DNA of 64,000 bases. Origin: Eledone cirrhosa (taxonomy: Eukaryota). The stretch covers positions 57,226,001 through 57,290,000 of the forward strand of contig OZ024745.1 of the NCBI GenBank assembly GCA_964016885.1. Direction: 5' to 3'. Positions 49,020-61,689 of the stretch are shown one piece after another (the first letter of the stretch is position 1; every line of letters begins with the position of its first letter). The position numbers and the translations under genes are program-made. The notes under the pieces were generated by a model, which did no database searches, was not told where the DNA came from, and saw nothing but the letters and a program-made list of their open reading frames with translations.

Positions 49020-49892
49020 AGAGAGGGTCTCAACGTTTCGGATGCTAGTCCTTCATCAGAAGAATGAATGAGAAATAAAATAGATTAAGGGGACGGGCGG
49101 GATGGAATTGGAAAAAATGTCTTTAGATAAAAAAATATACCTCCATTCATATTGACATCTCTTGCAAAACTGTTGGTGCTGGCGTTTTGTTTATGATTTG
49201 TTTTTTCGAAAAGTGGATGATACAACGCGTCTACCTGAAATGGAAAAAAAAAACGTTTTGTAAAAAGAGCTATACTTGAGCACGTGCCTAAGCATGAGTG
49301 TGTGTGTGTGTGTATGTGTGTGTGTTTGTGTTATTATAGCTCCGTACGAATCTAAGAAGAAATGTGCGTGTATATATGAGTAAAAGAGTGTGTGTGCATG
49401 TATGTACGAAGCTATGAGCAAAGAGAAAACGATTGGAATCTAGGGGTGTGTTAATAGACGGGGTATTAGAGAAATTGGGGGTTAGTTGATTCCTAGAGGG
49501 GAATAGGACTCAAGATAGTGAATCAGATTTTGTTCAGTCCTGGTGCGAGAGGACTGTGATCCATTATGTAAAAGGACACCCAGGACTGGAACATGTAGGG
49601 AAGAATGACCAGGAGAACAGAAATGACGGGCGGCAAGAGTATCCAAAACGTGTCGTATGTCCCTCAAATGTTCGGTAAAACGGTCCGCCATACGGCGTCC
49701 CATTTGTCCGATATATAAAGACCCGCAAAGGGAACACCAAAGGGCATAATCAACGTGGGTGGATGTGCATGTGAAGGAATGGCGGATACGGAAAGACCCG
49801 TTAGGGCTTGTAAGTGTGGTGGGGGTTGAAATGACGGGACAAGTGTTGCAGCGGGAACGGGAACAAGGATGAGAGCCGGGTGGAGTCGAGGT
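49020..49892 (-). mobile_element. 5'-truncated Neptune-like PLE (Cys-rich linker + GIY-YIG) with 3' minimal HHR
   Basis: PCSRSRCNTC..FTCTSTHVDY..CSLC..YIGQMGRRMADRFTEH..PLGIN; HHR at 49028-49063 tctt-CTGATGA-aggactagcatcc-GAAA-cGTT-gaga. Confidence 0.85.
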
Positions 49893-49954
49893 ATATATAT
49901 ATATATATATATTGTTATGCTTTGGGAGGGTCATGTTGCCAATAAATTCAAAAA

Positions 49955-49996
<42 letters not shown>

Positions 49997-50145
49997 GTTC
50001 TCCCCCTTGCTTCTGCTGTACATCACCAGAGGGCGTTAGCCCCCCGGTGTTTGCATAGCTACGGCCTCTAAAACCGTATTTCTTTGGAGATACGAAATAT
50101 TTATACATATTGTATAAAGCTATGCTTGAAGCGAAATCCTATTTC

Positions 50146-50207
<62 letters not shown>

Positions 50208-50601
50208 GCTCGCAGATATATGCGTATACATGTACTATTTATATGTCACCGTATATCGAAATCTTAAGGGTTGTGTTACGTAAGACATGTAAAGATTTTA
50301 TCTGTGTACTATATAACGTAACTAATAAATCACTTGTAAAATTTTGAAATTGAGCCATATCACGGACTTTGAAAGCAACTATGTGTAGAGAGTTGATAAT
50401 AAATTTACTTTAGACACCACTATATCTATTTTACTTTTAATCATAACCAAGCTTTAAGTATATTATGAACACCTGACATGCATTAAATACAATAAAAATA
50501 AAATATCAAAATTCTAAAATTAGCTACCTAAGATTACAGACGTGTTGCGTTTAATGTTCCCATTAATGGTGGATTAATTATGAAATATAAATAGAGTAAT
50601 C

Positions 50602-50689
<88 letters not shown>

Positions 50690-53187
50690 CCATGACCGGA
50701 AATCTATCGTATTGCGATATTGGAATTAACTTTTAGATTAATTTACACGTTTTATCATCCATTGAAATGTTTGTAAGTTTGATTAGACTTACTGCTATAT
50801 ATTTGTTTTATCAAACATAAGAAAAAAAAAAAAAAAAAAATTGTATAATAATAATAATGTCAATATTTCAACCGGAAAATGATAATATATATATAGAAAT
50901 AGAAATATTCAGCAAAATTTTACTTGCACTTTGCTATCTCATAAATAATGCGTATGAGAAGCCTTGGTTATTTAATTGCTGTGTATCCAAATCTGTTGTG
51001 ATAAAAATATTTTCTATTAATTCTTTTATCTGTATGCTGAAGTATTATGATATATATGCCAGAAATTTCAGATGACTTTTATCTAACTGGTTATAATATC
51101 TATAAACTGCACAACTACATAGGAATGTATTGGTATATATTTCTTAAAATACTACTTGTCATAAAATTACTATATGTAACAGCCAAATTTATCTTGAGTA
51201 ATATCTAACGCTATATATATACCTCGTCCCACTACAAAAAAAAACCCCATAAAACACATTAGATTTTATACACCTAGTTACACTATAAACGTAGGCACGA
51301 GTGTGGGCGTGGTCATGACTGAACAGATACAATATTACCTTCTCAAACATGATAATCGGAGTTCCATTTTATGGCGTTGAACCTGAGGCATGCGTCTTCA
51401 ACCATAACCAATCAAGACAGTGTAGGAAATGAATGGGGAAAGAGGAAAACGTGCATACGTGTGTCCTATTCATGATACCTCTAATTCACATTTTCGTAAT
51501 TTAATATGTTATTACATTCGTATGGTCAGAGAATCTTGTTAATGTTACATGTCTTTTGAATACGCAGCTAATTTCAAGTTAATATAAGAGGTTGAACTAA
51601 CACCTTAATAATTATCATCTAAAATTTAGACTCTAAATCATTATATAACCCCCCCCCCCCCATCATCTGCTCATTCCGGCATAATGGTTAGCCGTTGTAA
51701 ATACTTTATCGCCGGCGTGACCGATCACTGATAAATTAGAGCAATATTGAAACGTAATATCAGAATATATCAAAAGAATTTAAGAATTAACAACATTACA
51801 TGTTCGAAATGTACTCTATCAACCCAAATAATTATTGGAATTCGCTATTAAACCCAAAATATATAAACAAGATATAGTATTTCATATCATAATCCATGTT
51901 ATATGGATCCATAAATATCTATTTAAAGTCACCTAAATCTAAGTTAAAAAGAGCTAAGTGAATTGACAACAGAGTAAGCGCAGATCTGAAAGCAAGTTAG
52001 GAAATGTTGACACATCATCTGAGTGTACGGTAAATTAAAGTAGGTCTTAACCGACATTGAATTTTCCTATGTTTCCTATGTACATCTCTGACAATTAATG
52101 TCTAGACACTGGTTTAATATATATGTATTTTCAACATTTGAATAATAAACGAATTATATTGCAGCTAGTTTGAGACAAACAGTAATTATCTCACAAACCA
52201 ATACAATATCAGATAAGTATATGAATCTTAACATTTCTGTATTTGTTTTCAGTAAACGTAACGGAGAAAATGATATTTGGTTATTACAGAACAGCTTCTC
52301 AATCCCAGTAAAATAATAATTCTAATAAACGCGAACAGGAATAGACGAAATATTTGAAGGCATTGGCAAAATAAAGGCTATTATTTATAGTGTATATCTT
52401 TAGTGTCTTAATTATAATGTTACTGCGCGTGCATTTTACTTCCAAACATTTTATATCATTATAAAATAGTGAAACAAGAATATCGACGATCCGAGAACAC
52501 TTTCACTTTGCAATACATTTCGACATTTTATGATGTTAAGATTTTATAATATACATAAATATCACATAAATAATGACGTCATACATACAGAGAAATGCAT
52601 ACATGCATACACTTATGCATATATGCATACGTACATATACCCACACAAATGCATACATGCATGTATACATGCAGGTATACATGCATAGTTCATTATATAT
52701 ATATGTTCATATTTCCTACAATTTTAATGTGTTGTTACCAGCCGCAGTGAGTATCCTAGCTGTTCTGTGTGATCTCATTTGTAATATTCAATGACCTGCT
52801 CAAAGTATTCCTTTGTATAAATGTGTGAATACATTATGGCTATGGTGGGACATATGTAAGTGCGTCAATATACTTTCTCACGTCGAGAGCATTGTAAATA
52901 TTTGCAGAAAATATCACGTTTCATGAGATGGAAGATACATGCGGATAGTTTGGTGTCATTCCTGTTCATGTGAGTTTTATATACAAACGGTGTGTAACAC
53001 TATCGGTATTTCGCAATATAACAACATAATTTGTACACGCACACAGACACACTCATTCCCACACACACAGACATAGACACACACGCACACGCAGACACAG
53101 ACACAGACAGACACGCGTGCACACATACATATATATATATATATATAGTATTAAGGATACTATTTATGGTTATGTATATACCAAAAC

Positions 53188-53230
<43 letters not shown>

Positions 53231-53586
53231 TTGTTAAATACACCAACCGTCACCCATCATTTATTGCTTTTCAACTATGATATGCAAATACTTTATCCAT
53301 TTTATTCTTATAACGTTTCTTCACGAATAGTTATTTACGTCATTCAGGTCAATCCTATATGACGAGCGCAACAAAACCATCAATATCATTCTCACTCAAA
53401 CAACATTTTCTTTTCACTTTTCTGTCAACAAAGCTTGTCTTGTGCCATATTTTGATTTACAGTTTCCCATTTGTACATTCAGATTTACTGTTCTACTCCC
53501 AGACGCGCAACCCCACTCTCCAAATATGTACGAGGTACACTCAAGAAAATTTGAGACTTTTTAGTTTCAGGCACTTTTAAATTATA

Positions 53587-53667
<81 letters not shown>

Positions 53668-53669
<2 letters not shown>

Positions 53670-53889
53670 TACGTTATTCCGGGTTGAATCGGAGGTAACC
53701 ACAGTAAGTAAGGTACTCAATACATTGCAGAGTATAAAAGTTTTAATATAGATGAGATTCTACAGGACTAGAATTGTTTCATTCTTTAGAAATCATCAGG
53801 AATCTCATGATGATTTCTAAAGGATCCCTGATGATTTCTAAAGAATGAAACAGTTCTAGTCCTGTAGAATCTCATCTATATTAAAACTA
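53668..53889. mobile_element. Fold-back mini pLTR with two HHRs and a one-sided tail, in (TA)n
   Basis: minus 53754-53806 gagattc-CTGATGA-tttctaaagaat-GAAA-caattctagtcct-GTA-gaatctc; plus copy 53822-53873. Confidence 0.85.
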
Positions 53890-54605
53890 TATATATATTA
53901 TTTATGTGTTAAGAAATTAAATTAATTCAACAGTTAAACACACATAGGAATAATATGGTTGCTACCGAAAGGCCAGAAAATAGACAAGTCGACCCTAAAT
54001 ATGACTAATAGCTCTAGAAATGCGATGAACGACACTACATCTTTTAACTTTGTTTTTGAAAGTAAGTTTATAATTATTAATGTTCATTATACATTCTTAT
54101 CTGTCTCAGCGGCCTAGTTGGAGGAATCATAAACTGTGGTGATCCTGGCCGGGAGTAAGGTTGCCGGTAAAACTTTTCATTTTATTTTTCTATGGCATGT
54201 AAAATAAAAACTGAAAAAGACTATATGTACATCTTGACCAGGATTCAACCAAAGACCAGGACCTCCGGCGTCTCCAGTACCTACAGCTAGTCCACCGAGA
54301 CAGCTACGAAAATCTACTGAAAATGAATACTTATAAACCTACTTTCAAAATTTTCAATACAAAATCATGTGATGTCGATGCTGTCTTTCTTAATGTTATA
54401 TCTGCGACTTAAGGTCGACTTCTAAATCATTTGGGCGTTCCATAAATTTACATCCTCGTTGTGTTTGTTTCTCATGTATCTAGACTATATTTTAAGCTGT
54501 AATCAATATTTCTTTTCTGTTGCACCTCATTTCTCAACGCCCCCCTCCTCTCTCTCTCTTTCTATCTGTGGTATTTGAATCTACTATGATTTGGGCTTAC
54601 CTTAT

Positions 54606-54643
<38 letters not shown>

Positions 54644-54789
54644 CGTTTCTGAATTTGTTTAGCAAGATTCTTTATCTGAAAACGTGGGTTGAAACCGATA
54701 TTGTTATACTTTGGGAGGGTCATGGTTGGCAATAAGAAACACACGCACCAGCTGCTATCACTCCAATTTATTATAAATAAAATTATAAA

Positions 54790-57700
54790 TTAAAAAAAAA
54801 TATATTTATAAATTTCCGGTTGGCTGGTTGGTTCCACAACCGGATGGTTGTTCATATATTGTCAAAGTTCTTTCGTCACACATTCTGTGACATCATCAGT
54901 GACCGGGGATTCTTTTCTTTGTTTTGTGCCTCTCCTTTGTTCTGTCCTACGCCATCTTGTTTTTGTGTGTGTTGTGTGCTTAGTTTGCGCATGTGTTACA
55001 TCCGGGTGTCTGTGTGGGTTTTTATTTGTTTATTTATTTACATGTTAGTACTTGGTTGTTTGTTCTTGGTTGTGTGTGTTTTCATTTTGTCCTTAATTGT
55101 AGGTTGTGATGTTGCTATTCCATTCATGTTTTCTATTTAATTTTGGTTGGCGTTCATTTATCTTTATTGCCTCTGTGATTTGTCTAAACATTGCGTCTTT
55201 TCTGTGCGTAGATTTTATTTTTATTTCTATGTTCTCTAATTTGCCCTTATGTTCTATTTTAGCATGTTGGTGGAGTACTGATCAGTCTTTTCTATCTTGA
55301 AGGTCTCGCCAGTGTTCATTTAATCGTTCTCCTATGCTACGAGCTGTCTCACCTATGTACATTATATTCTTATCTTTACATTGTCCCTCAGTACATCTTA
55401 TGCTATATTCTATGTTTCTAGTTTTGCAGTTAATATGGGGGCTTAGTTTACAGATCATGCATTTCTTATCTATACAGGAAGGTCTTTGAAAAGGGTATGT
55501 ATTACTAATAAGTGTTTTTATGAAGGTACCTGGTCTTTCTACTATCTTAATATTTAGTTTAATTTTATATAGGGCCCTTCTAAATGTGTAAGCTAGTTCA
55601 CCTCTAGGGGTTGTATTGATGAACATTACACTCTGGTATTTATTGCTATCATACCATCAGTTTATTCTATTAACCTTATTCCTAGTTATTTCTATTCTAT
55701 TCCAAAATGTTCTCCTATATGTATCATTATTTACCATTTGTATCATTATTTACCATTTTTTCCCAATTGGTTCTGGCTCCTCTATATACTCTGATTTTTT
55801 CTCTGATTGTAACCAGAGAACTGCATGCGGTGGATGAAGTGTTGTATGTGTCTCTCTAGTTCTTTGGGGTTGCACGTGCGGGACACGTTCTTCATCACCC
55901 GTACTAAATCCGCAATAAGTATGTTGATTTTGGTGTGATACGAAACAGTTGAGTTTCGGTGGATCAGGTATTTGGAAGTCATGGGTTTGGCATAATGGGA
56001 ATGGAGGATTTGTTTTTTCTTATTAATGGTTTCTAACCAGAGCTCTGTGTCTAGTACAGGTAATCTATGGTTGGGTTGTTTGATTGCGTAGTCTAGAGTA
56101 ACTTTAATACTCTGGTGGATAGAGTTAGGTATTAGCTGGATGCTTTCCATGGTGTTTTTCTCTAATTCCTGACTGTTCTCTAGTGGGGGTGCTTTTACTA
56201 CGATGTTTATATCATCAACGTAGCGGGAGTACATAATCAGGGTTAAGAGGTTGTTGTCTTCTAATTTTTCTTTAAGTTTATTGTCCCACCGTACCATGAA
56301 TAGGTTAGCTATGTCACCTGTAATGCTAACACCAATGGATGCTCCCTCCTCTTGGGCATATGTTTTTCCATTAAATTTGAACACATGTTCCTTAGGGGTT
56401 TGTTTTATACTGGCCCTCACCGCATGTGTAATCATTTTCTTTAGTTCATCATGGTTTTCGAGGGTCCGTATGGCTCTGGTCCACCCGTCCCATCTTTCTG
56501 TGTGGGCTTTCTTGGCCATTGAGGTAACGGTGGGTGGTCTGCCTCTTGCTGGCCTTGTGGAGCAGAGGTTGCTAAGGTCATACGTATGTAGATAATCATT
56601 ATTATATGTAAGTTTAAGTAGGAGTCCCAGCTCACTGGTATCAATCCCAAGGAATTCAACATTACTCTCACTGATCATTTCCAGGCATTTCTCCACAGCA
56701 AAATCCACCCACGTCAATGGATGGGTATAGGGACACTACATACATACTACCTATTATACAGTCTCTTATGTCCCTAGACAGGCTATTTTCGCTGATTCTG
56801 CTGAGGAGGTCCTCCGTGCTGTCACATATATCCGGGGGCATTTCAATGATGGGGCGTACGATCAGAGAGAGAAGTAGGAAAGTCTATAGTTGCTAGCAAT
56901 GTTAGCTCCACAAACAGGCCGTGTTGGTGGTCCTGTGACTGGGTCACTATTCGTCTTATCGTTTTTTCGAAGTCCATACACCGCTGGCACGTCATTGTTC
57001 CAGGCCTGGACGTTGTTGGCAGTCCGTTTATTGGGCTGCATTATGTTTGTCCACATCATCATATGAGCGTTGAGGGTTTTCTCCCTATCCTCATGCCCTT
57101 GTGGTGTTACTTCTCTTGTGTTAGTGATGTGGGCTTGCATTGCCTGGATGTAGTTTGACAGACTCTCAACCGACATTCTGCCAGACTTGTCTGTTGGAAA
57201 GCATGCAATCTCTCCATTACGTGAGTGCTGCATGAACTTACTCAAGCCATTTGCAAATGTTTCTCCCAGTTGCTGGGCCTCCATTCTATTTTGCTTCTTG
57301 TTATACTGTGTTTGCTTCTTTCTATACTGCTTTACAATATTTTTAAGTTTAGATCTAGCTATATTAAATTGAGCTTCTGTTTGTTCATCGACCTGCGACG
57401 GCAATTACGTGCGTTTGTTAAAACTAAAGTCCTGGCGTAGACTCGTTGTAAGTCGAAGGACATAACAGAAGGGTTATAAAAAGTGGAATTCCAGGTTGCG
57501 TTGTGTATTCTATTGCTATTGTTAGTTGTGTTGTTTCTATTTCTATTTCCACCAACAGGCTATGTCTCTCATTGTTACTCCTGTCCCTTCCTTCTGACTC
57601 GTTGTTATTATTTACTCTATTTTGTGTCTCTGTGTTCGTCCTGGTTATTTTCCCTGTCATTGTGATTAGTATCTGTACCTCTCTTGTTTCTATGTCTCTC

Positions 57701-58080
57701 ATTGTTACTCCTGTCTCTTCCCTCAGGCTAATTGTTATTATCTAATCTATTATATATTTATATTATATATACCACTGTAAAATACCAAAACACACAGAAA
57801 ATAAGATTGCTGAATGATTATAAACTAGTAATAATATGAATCACAATTGGTTTATTTTGTCAAAATAGACATGATGTATCCCCTACCAAAACGCACCATA
57901 TTATAAACACACACAGACACCCGGATGTAACACATGCGCAAACTAAGCATACAACACACACAAACACAAGATAGCGTAGGACAGAAAAAAGGAGAGGCAC
58001 AAACAAAGAAAAGAATCCCCGGTCACTGATGAGGTCACAGAACGTATGACGAAAGAACTTTGACAATATATGAACAACAA
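54790..58080 (-). mobile_element. Penelope-like element (RYVDD lineage) with inverted pLTRs
   Basis: 54848-55020 inverted at 57905-58080; HHRs gtca-CTGATGA-..gtca../..tgac-GAAA-gaa-CTT-tgac at 54861-54903 (-) and 58022-58064 (+). Confidence 0.9.
55110..57420 (-). pseudogene. PLE RT-GIY-YIG polyprotein, several frameshifts
   Basis: PTDKSGR, PPTRPVCGA, IGSMYVVSLYPS, QEEGASIG, YSRYVDD, LPVLD, MQFSGY, YIGETARSIGERLNEH. Confidence 0.9.
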
Positions 58081-58619
58081 TATGAGTGAGTGTGTAGAGA
58101 AGATAGTTCATGTAGGAATGTTTATATGCTGACGTGAGCTACGATTCCATCTGACATTATGTCATTTAAGGCTAATTTCTTATGATTCTTTGCCCGTTTT
58201 TGCATATTTGTTTTATTGAAAAAACTTCGATATATCTACTGAGAAAACCAGAATCTGCAAACAGTATTTTCCCTTTTTAGATTCTTTTGAACAGTCTGTG
58301 ATCAAGAAGAATATCAATTTGATAATGATATTTCTCGAAAAATAATGAGTAATGAAGCAAATGATATGTACCTATATATTAAACAACTACAAATGAATTC
58401 ATTCAATCATTAAAATTAGAAAGGTGTAAATTCTCGATGCATCATATTAATAATCGTATTACATTCCATGTAAACATAACATTTCCAATTATATGGTGCG
58501 ATTTGGTAGGGGATACGTTATGTCTATTTTGACAAAATGAACCAATTATGATTCATATTATTACTAGTTTATAATCATTTAGCAGTCTTATTTTCTGTGT
58601 GTTTTGGTATTTTACAGTG
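57772..58619. repeat. ~130-bp inverted repeat (57772-57901 / 58490-58619)
   Basis: cactgtaaaataccaaaacacacagaaaataaga...gcaccatat vs atatggtgcg...gttttggtattttacagtg. Confidence 0.9.
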
Positions 58620-60100
58620 TTATATTTGGTGTTTGTTTTTTATGGGCCGTTAAAATATACAAATAATATTTGTTTAGTGCCTAATACTGATATAGGTACC
58701 ACATTTTATCAAGTTGTGGGAATCTTTTGTTTGATTGTCTCTGTATTTTTCTCTCGTTTCCAGAGCAGATATTATACTATGAATTGTTTCTTATATCAAC
58801 GCCTACATTTGGATAATTTATCCATTTGCTTCTGAGATATAGTTTAACTTACTGAACAGGTAGTATTTATTTTCCTGGACAAATAATCCTGATTTAGTTT
58901 TGCATATCACATGATTCGGTTGTTTCTTCATAATCACATTTTTTTCTTTTTGGTATTTCATAAAGATGGCTTAAATTCTAAAGTGTGTCAATATAGACAT
59001 TATCTTATCTCGTTATCGAATTACAGCCAGAAACAATGCAGTTAATTCATTCCCCGCCATTTCAAAATATTCTGAATGTAATTCTTATATTCTTCTTCAT
59101 TATAAGTTTTCCATAGTAACATGTGGAGAAACTTGATCACACGTTGCAAATAATAATCCGACAGTTTTTCACTATTAAGAAAATATTGTGAATTTTGCTT
59201 GCCTATTATTCAGTGTTTAGCTTTTTGAAGAATTGAGTCAGTATTGGGTTTCCATTTTATCGTTTTACCATCGTTAGCTGTATCCCTGTTTTTATCTTAG
59301 ATTCTAGGTATTTGGCTCTTTATGCTACATTGTCTCTCATTTCCGATATCAATATCTGTTATTTACTACCCCTGTGCTGTGTACGCTATCTTCTTTGACG
59401 AGGGAATAAGATTATTTTCATATTTTGTTATACTTAGCTATTTGTGTGCCTATCCATTAGAGTGTACTAGTTCTAATTCATACAATCCCATGCCTCTATT
59501 TATATGTAGTAATCCTATAATATATATCTAATTTGAGGAAATGTTTCTAAATAGAGAACATATTTCCCTGATGTCTCTCTTTGGTATTACTGTTTAATTT
59601 AAAATTCAATTAAGAATATCAGATAAATATCTATGAGAAGAACATTTAGTGCATTGATATATTTAGCTCTTTTTTAAATATAAATCTAATGTATCTAATG
59701 CCTGTGTTTTACTTCATATGTTCATTGATTCTTATGTATTTTTATGAAGGGGTCTGATCTACAATTCCTGTTGCTTGCTTCTTTATCTTCCACGAATTAA
59801 TTTGAATTAGTTTTCTCCTCTTACATTTTATCATGGCACATTTGAAAATGTAAATCTCATAAATATTTATCTGATACCACCATTTGTTTTAGTTTGAGGT
59901 ATTTCCACTGCCTATCATCGGCAGCGTCCAAATTAAACAAGAGTCGTTTAATTTCTTTTCACCATAGCATTTGTAGCCGTGTATCAGCCATGTTTAAAGG
60001 GGAAGTATTGATGTAAACATGAATGGACCTGTTAGTTTTATCTAAATACATTTTTTCCAATTCCAAGTAACACATCAGAGTACGTAGATTTATGTACGTA
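58620..60100 (-). pseudogene. Possible older, highly decayed PLE RT
   Basis: weak echoes of RT motifs in the expected order (SHRYLSDI near 59620); not alignable by eye. Confidence 0.3.
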
Positions 60101-60258
60101 CTGTGATGTGTTGACCAGAGGTAAATAATGTAATGGTGATCGAGTGACGCAACTTCAAGCGATTAGCGACCTCGAGACTCACCTGATCAACGAAACAATT
60201 GTCAGTACTTGAAATAAAGCCCCTTATTGTACAGTCAACCATGTTACTCTTCATTCTT

Positions 60259-60329
<71 letters not shown>

Positions 60330-60859
60330 ATATGTTTATATATATATATATATACTGTATATATATATATGTATGTGTGTGCGTGCGTAAGTGTACGTGT
60401 GTGTTTATTATTATTTATTTATGTATTTATTCATTTTGAAAAGAGTAGTGGTTGATAGGCCACAACAATTCAATGTGCTTCATTTCGAGGTATCGGTATG
60501 TTAAAAGTCAAATTCAACCATGTAAGTATTTAAGGTCAGAACGTAAAGCGCCAGAATATCTTGAATTTCTACGTGTTGGTTTTCTTTCTAAATATACAAA
60601 AACATTTTTTATTCATTTTTATTTTCAAAGGCATGATCTGAAATTTGTATTTGACAGATTGAAATGAATTTTCGTTTTGGATATGTTTTGTGAACTATTG
60701 AAATTCAAATACATAATTAGAGTAAGTCAACAATATTTGAATTTCAAGCAGTGTAAATATTTTCGCTCTTACACCACCATACTTTTCGAAATGATGAGTT
60801 TCCACGAGTCATCCATCACTTCAAAAGAAACACCAATCAAAAGAACAGATCGCTTTAAC

Positions 60860-61400
60860 ACGACAATGTATATATATAGATATATAGAGGGGATTGAGAG
60901 TAGATATATATATATAGAGAGAGGGAGAGACTTTAGTGGTTATAGATTGACTGAAGTTGATTACGACAAAGTGTTGTATGTTAGATATAGAAAGGAGAGT
61001 TGACTGGTCATGGATAGAGTGCGATAGATTGAGAGAGATTGCCGTATAGTAGATATAGAGAGGGAACAGAGGTTGATGGTAATGATATAGAGAGGGGGAT
61101 CATGAGAACGTGTTGTATAGTTGATGGAGAGAGGCGGAGAGCTTGGTGGTACTGAATAGATTGAGAGGATTGATAGAGATATTTATTCATAGCTATAGAG
61201 AGGGGAGAGATTAATGGATAGAGGGAGCGGGAATGACTGTTATATGTTGATATAGATAGGGCGATAATGAGAATGTTGTAAGATACATTAAGGAGGGGGA
61301 TCGGAAGATATAAATGTATATAAATATAGAGAGGGGGATTGCGAGCGATAGATATAAATATAGAGAGGGAGTGTTTGGTTATAATAGATTGAGTGAAGCG
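60860..61400 (+). repeat. Purine-rich degenerate (GA/AT) low-complexity tract
   Basis: direct reading. Confidence 0.8.
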
Positions 61401-61405
61401 GTTAT

Positions 61406-61469
<64 letters not shown>

Positions 61470-61689
61470 TGTGTCTGTGTGTGTCTGTGTGTGTGTGCGT
61501 AACATGATATATGAGAACACAATTTCTTTTCCTCCGTTTAGTATAAAAAGATGATATTTTACATAAAAATATGAAAGATGAACAAACATGTATAATAACT
61601 ACAACGATATTCTCAAGTTTCGGCTTGCTTCTTAAAACGAAATGCATAATAGTGTTTTATTAATAAAACAAAGACTGTATTTGCCAACG

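Noticed and set aside
53529-53560. Mariner-like terminal repeat tacgaggtacactcaagaaaatttgagact
   Set aside because: No partner TIR or transposase motif found in the window.
55110-57420. Possible selenocysteine (in-frame TGA) PLE as in Naiad elements
   Set aside because: The endonuclease is C-terminal and the breaks look like frameshifts rather than TGA at conserved Cys positions.
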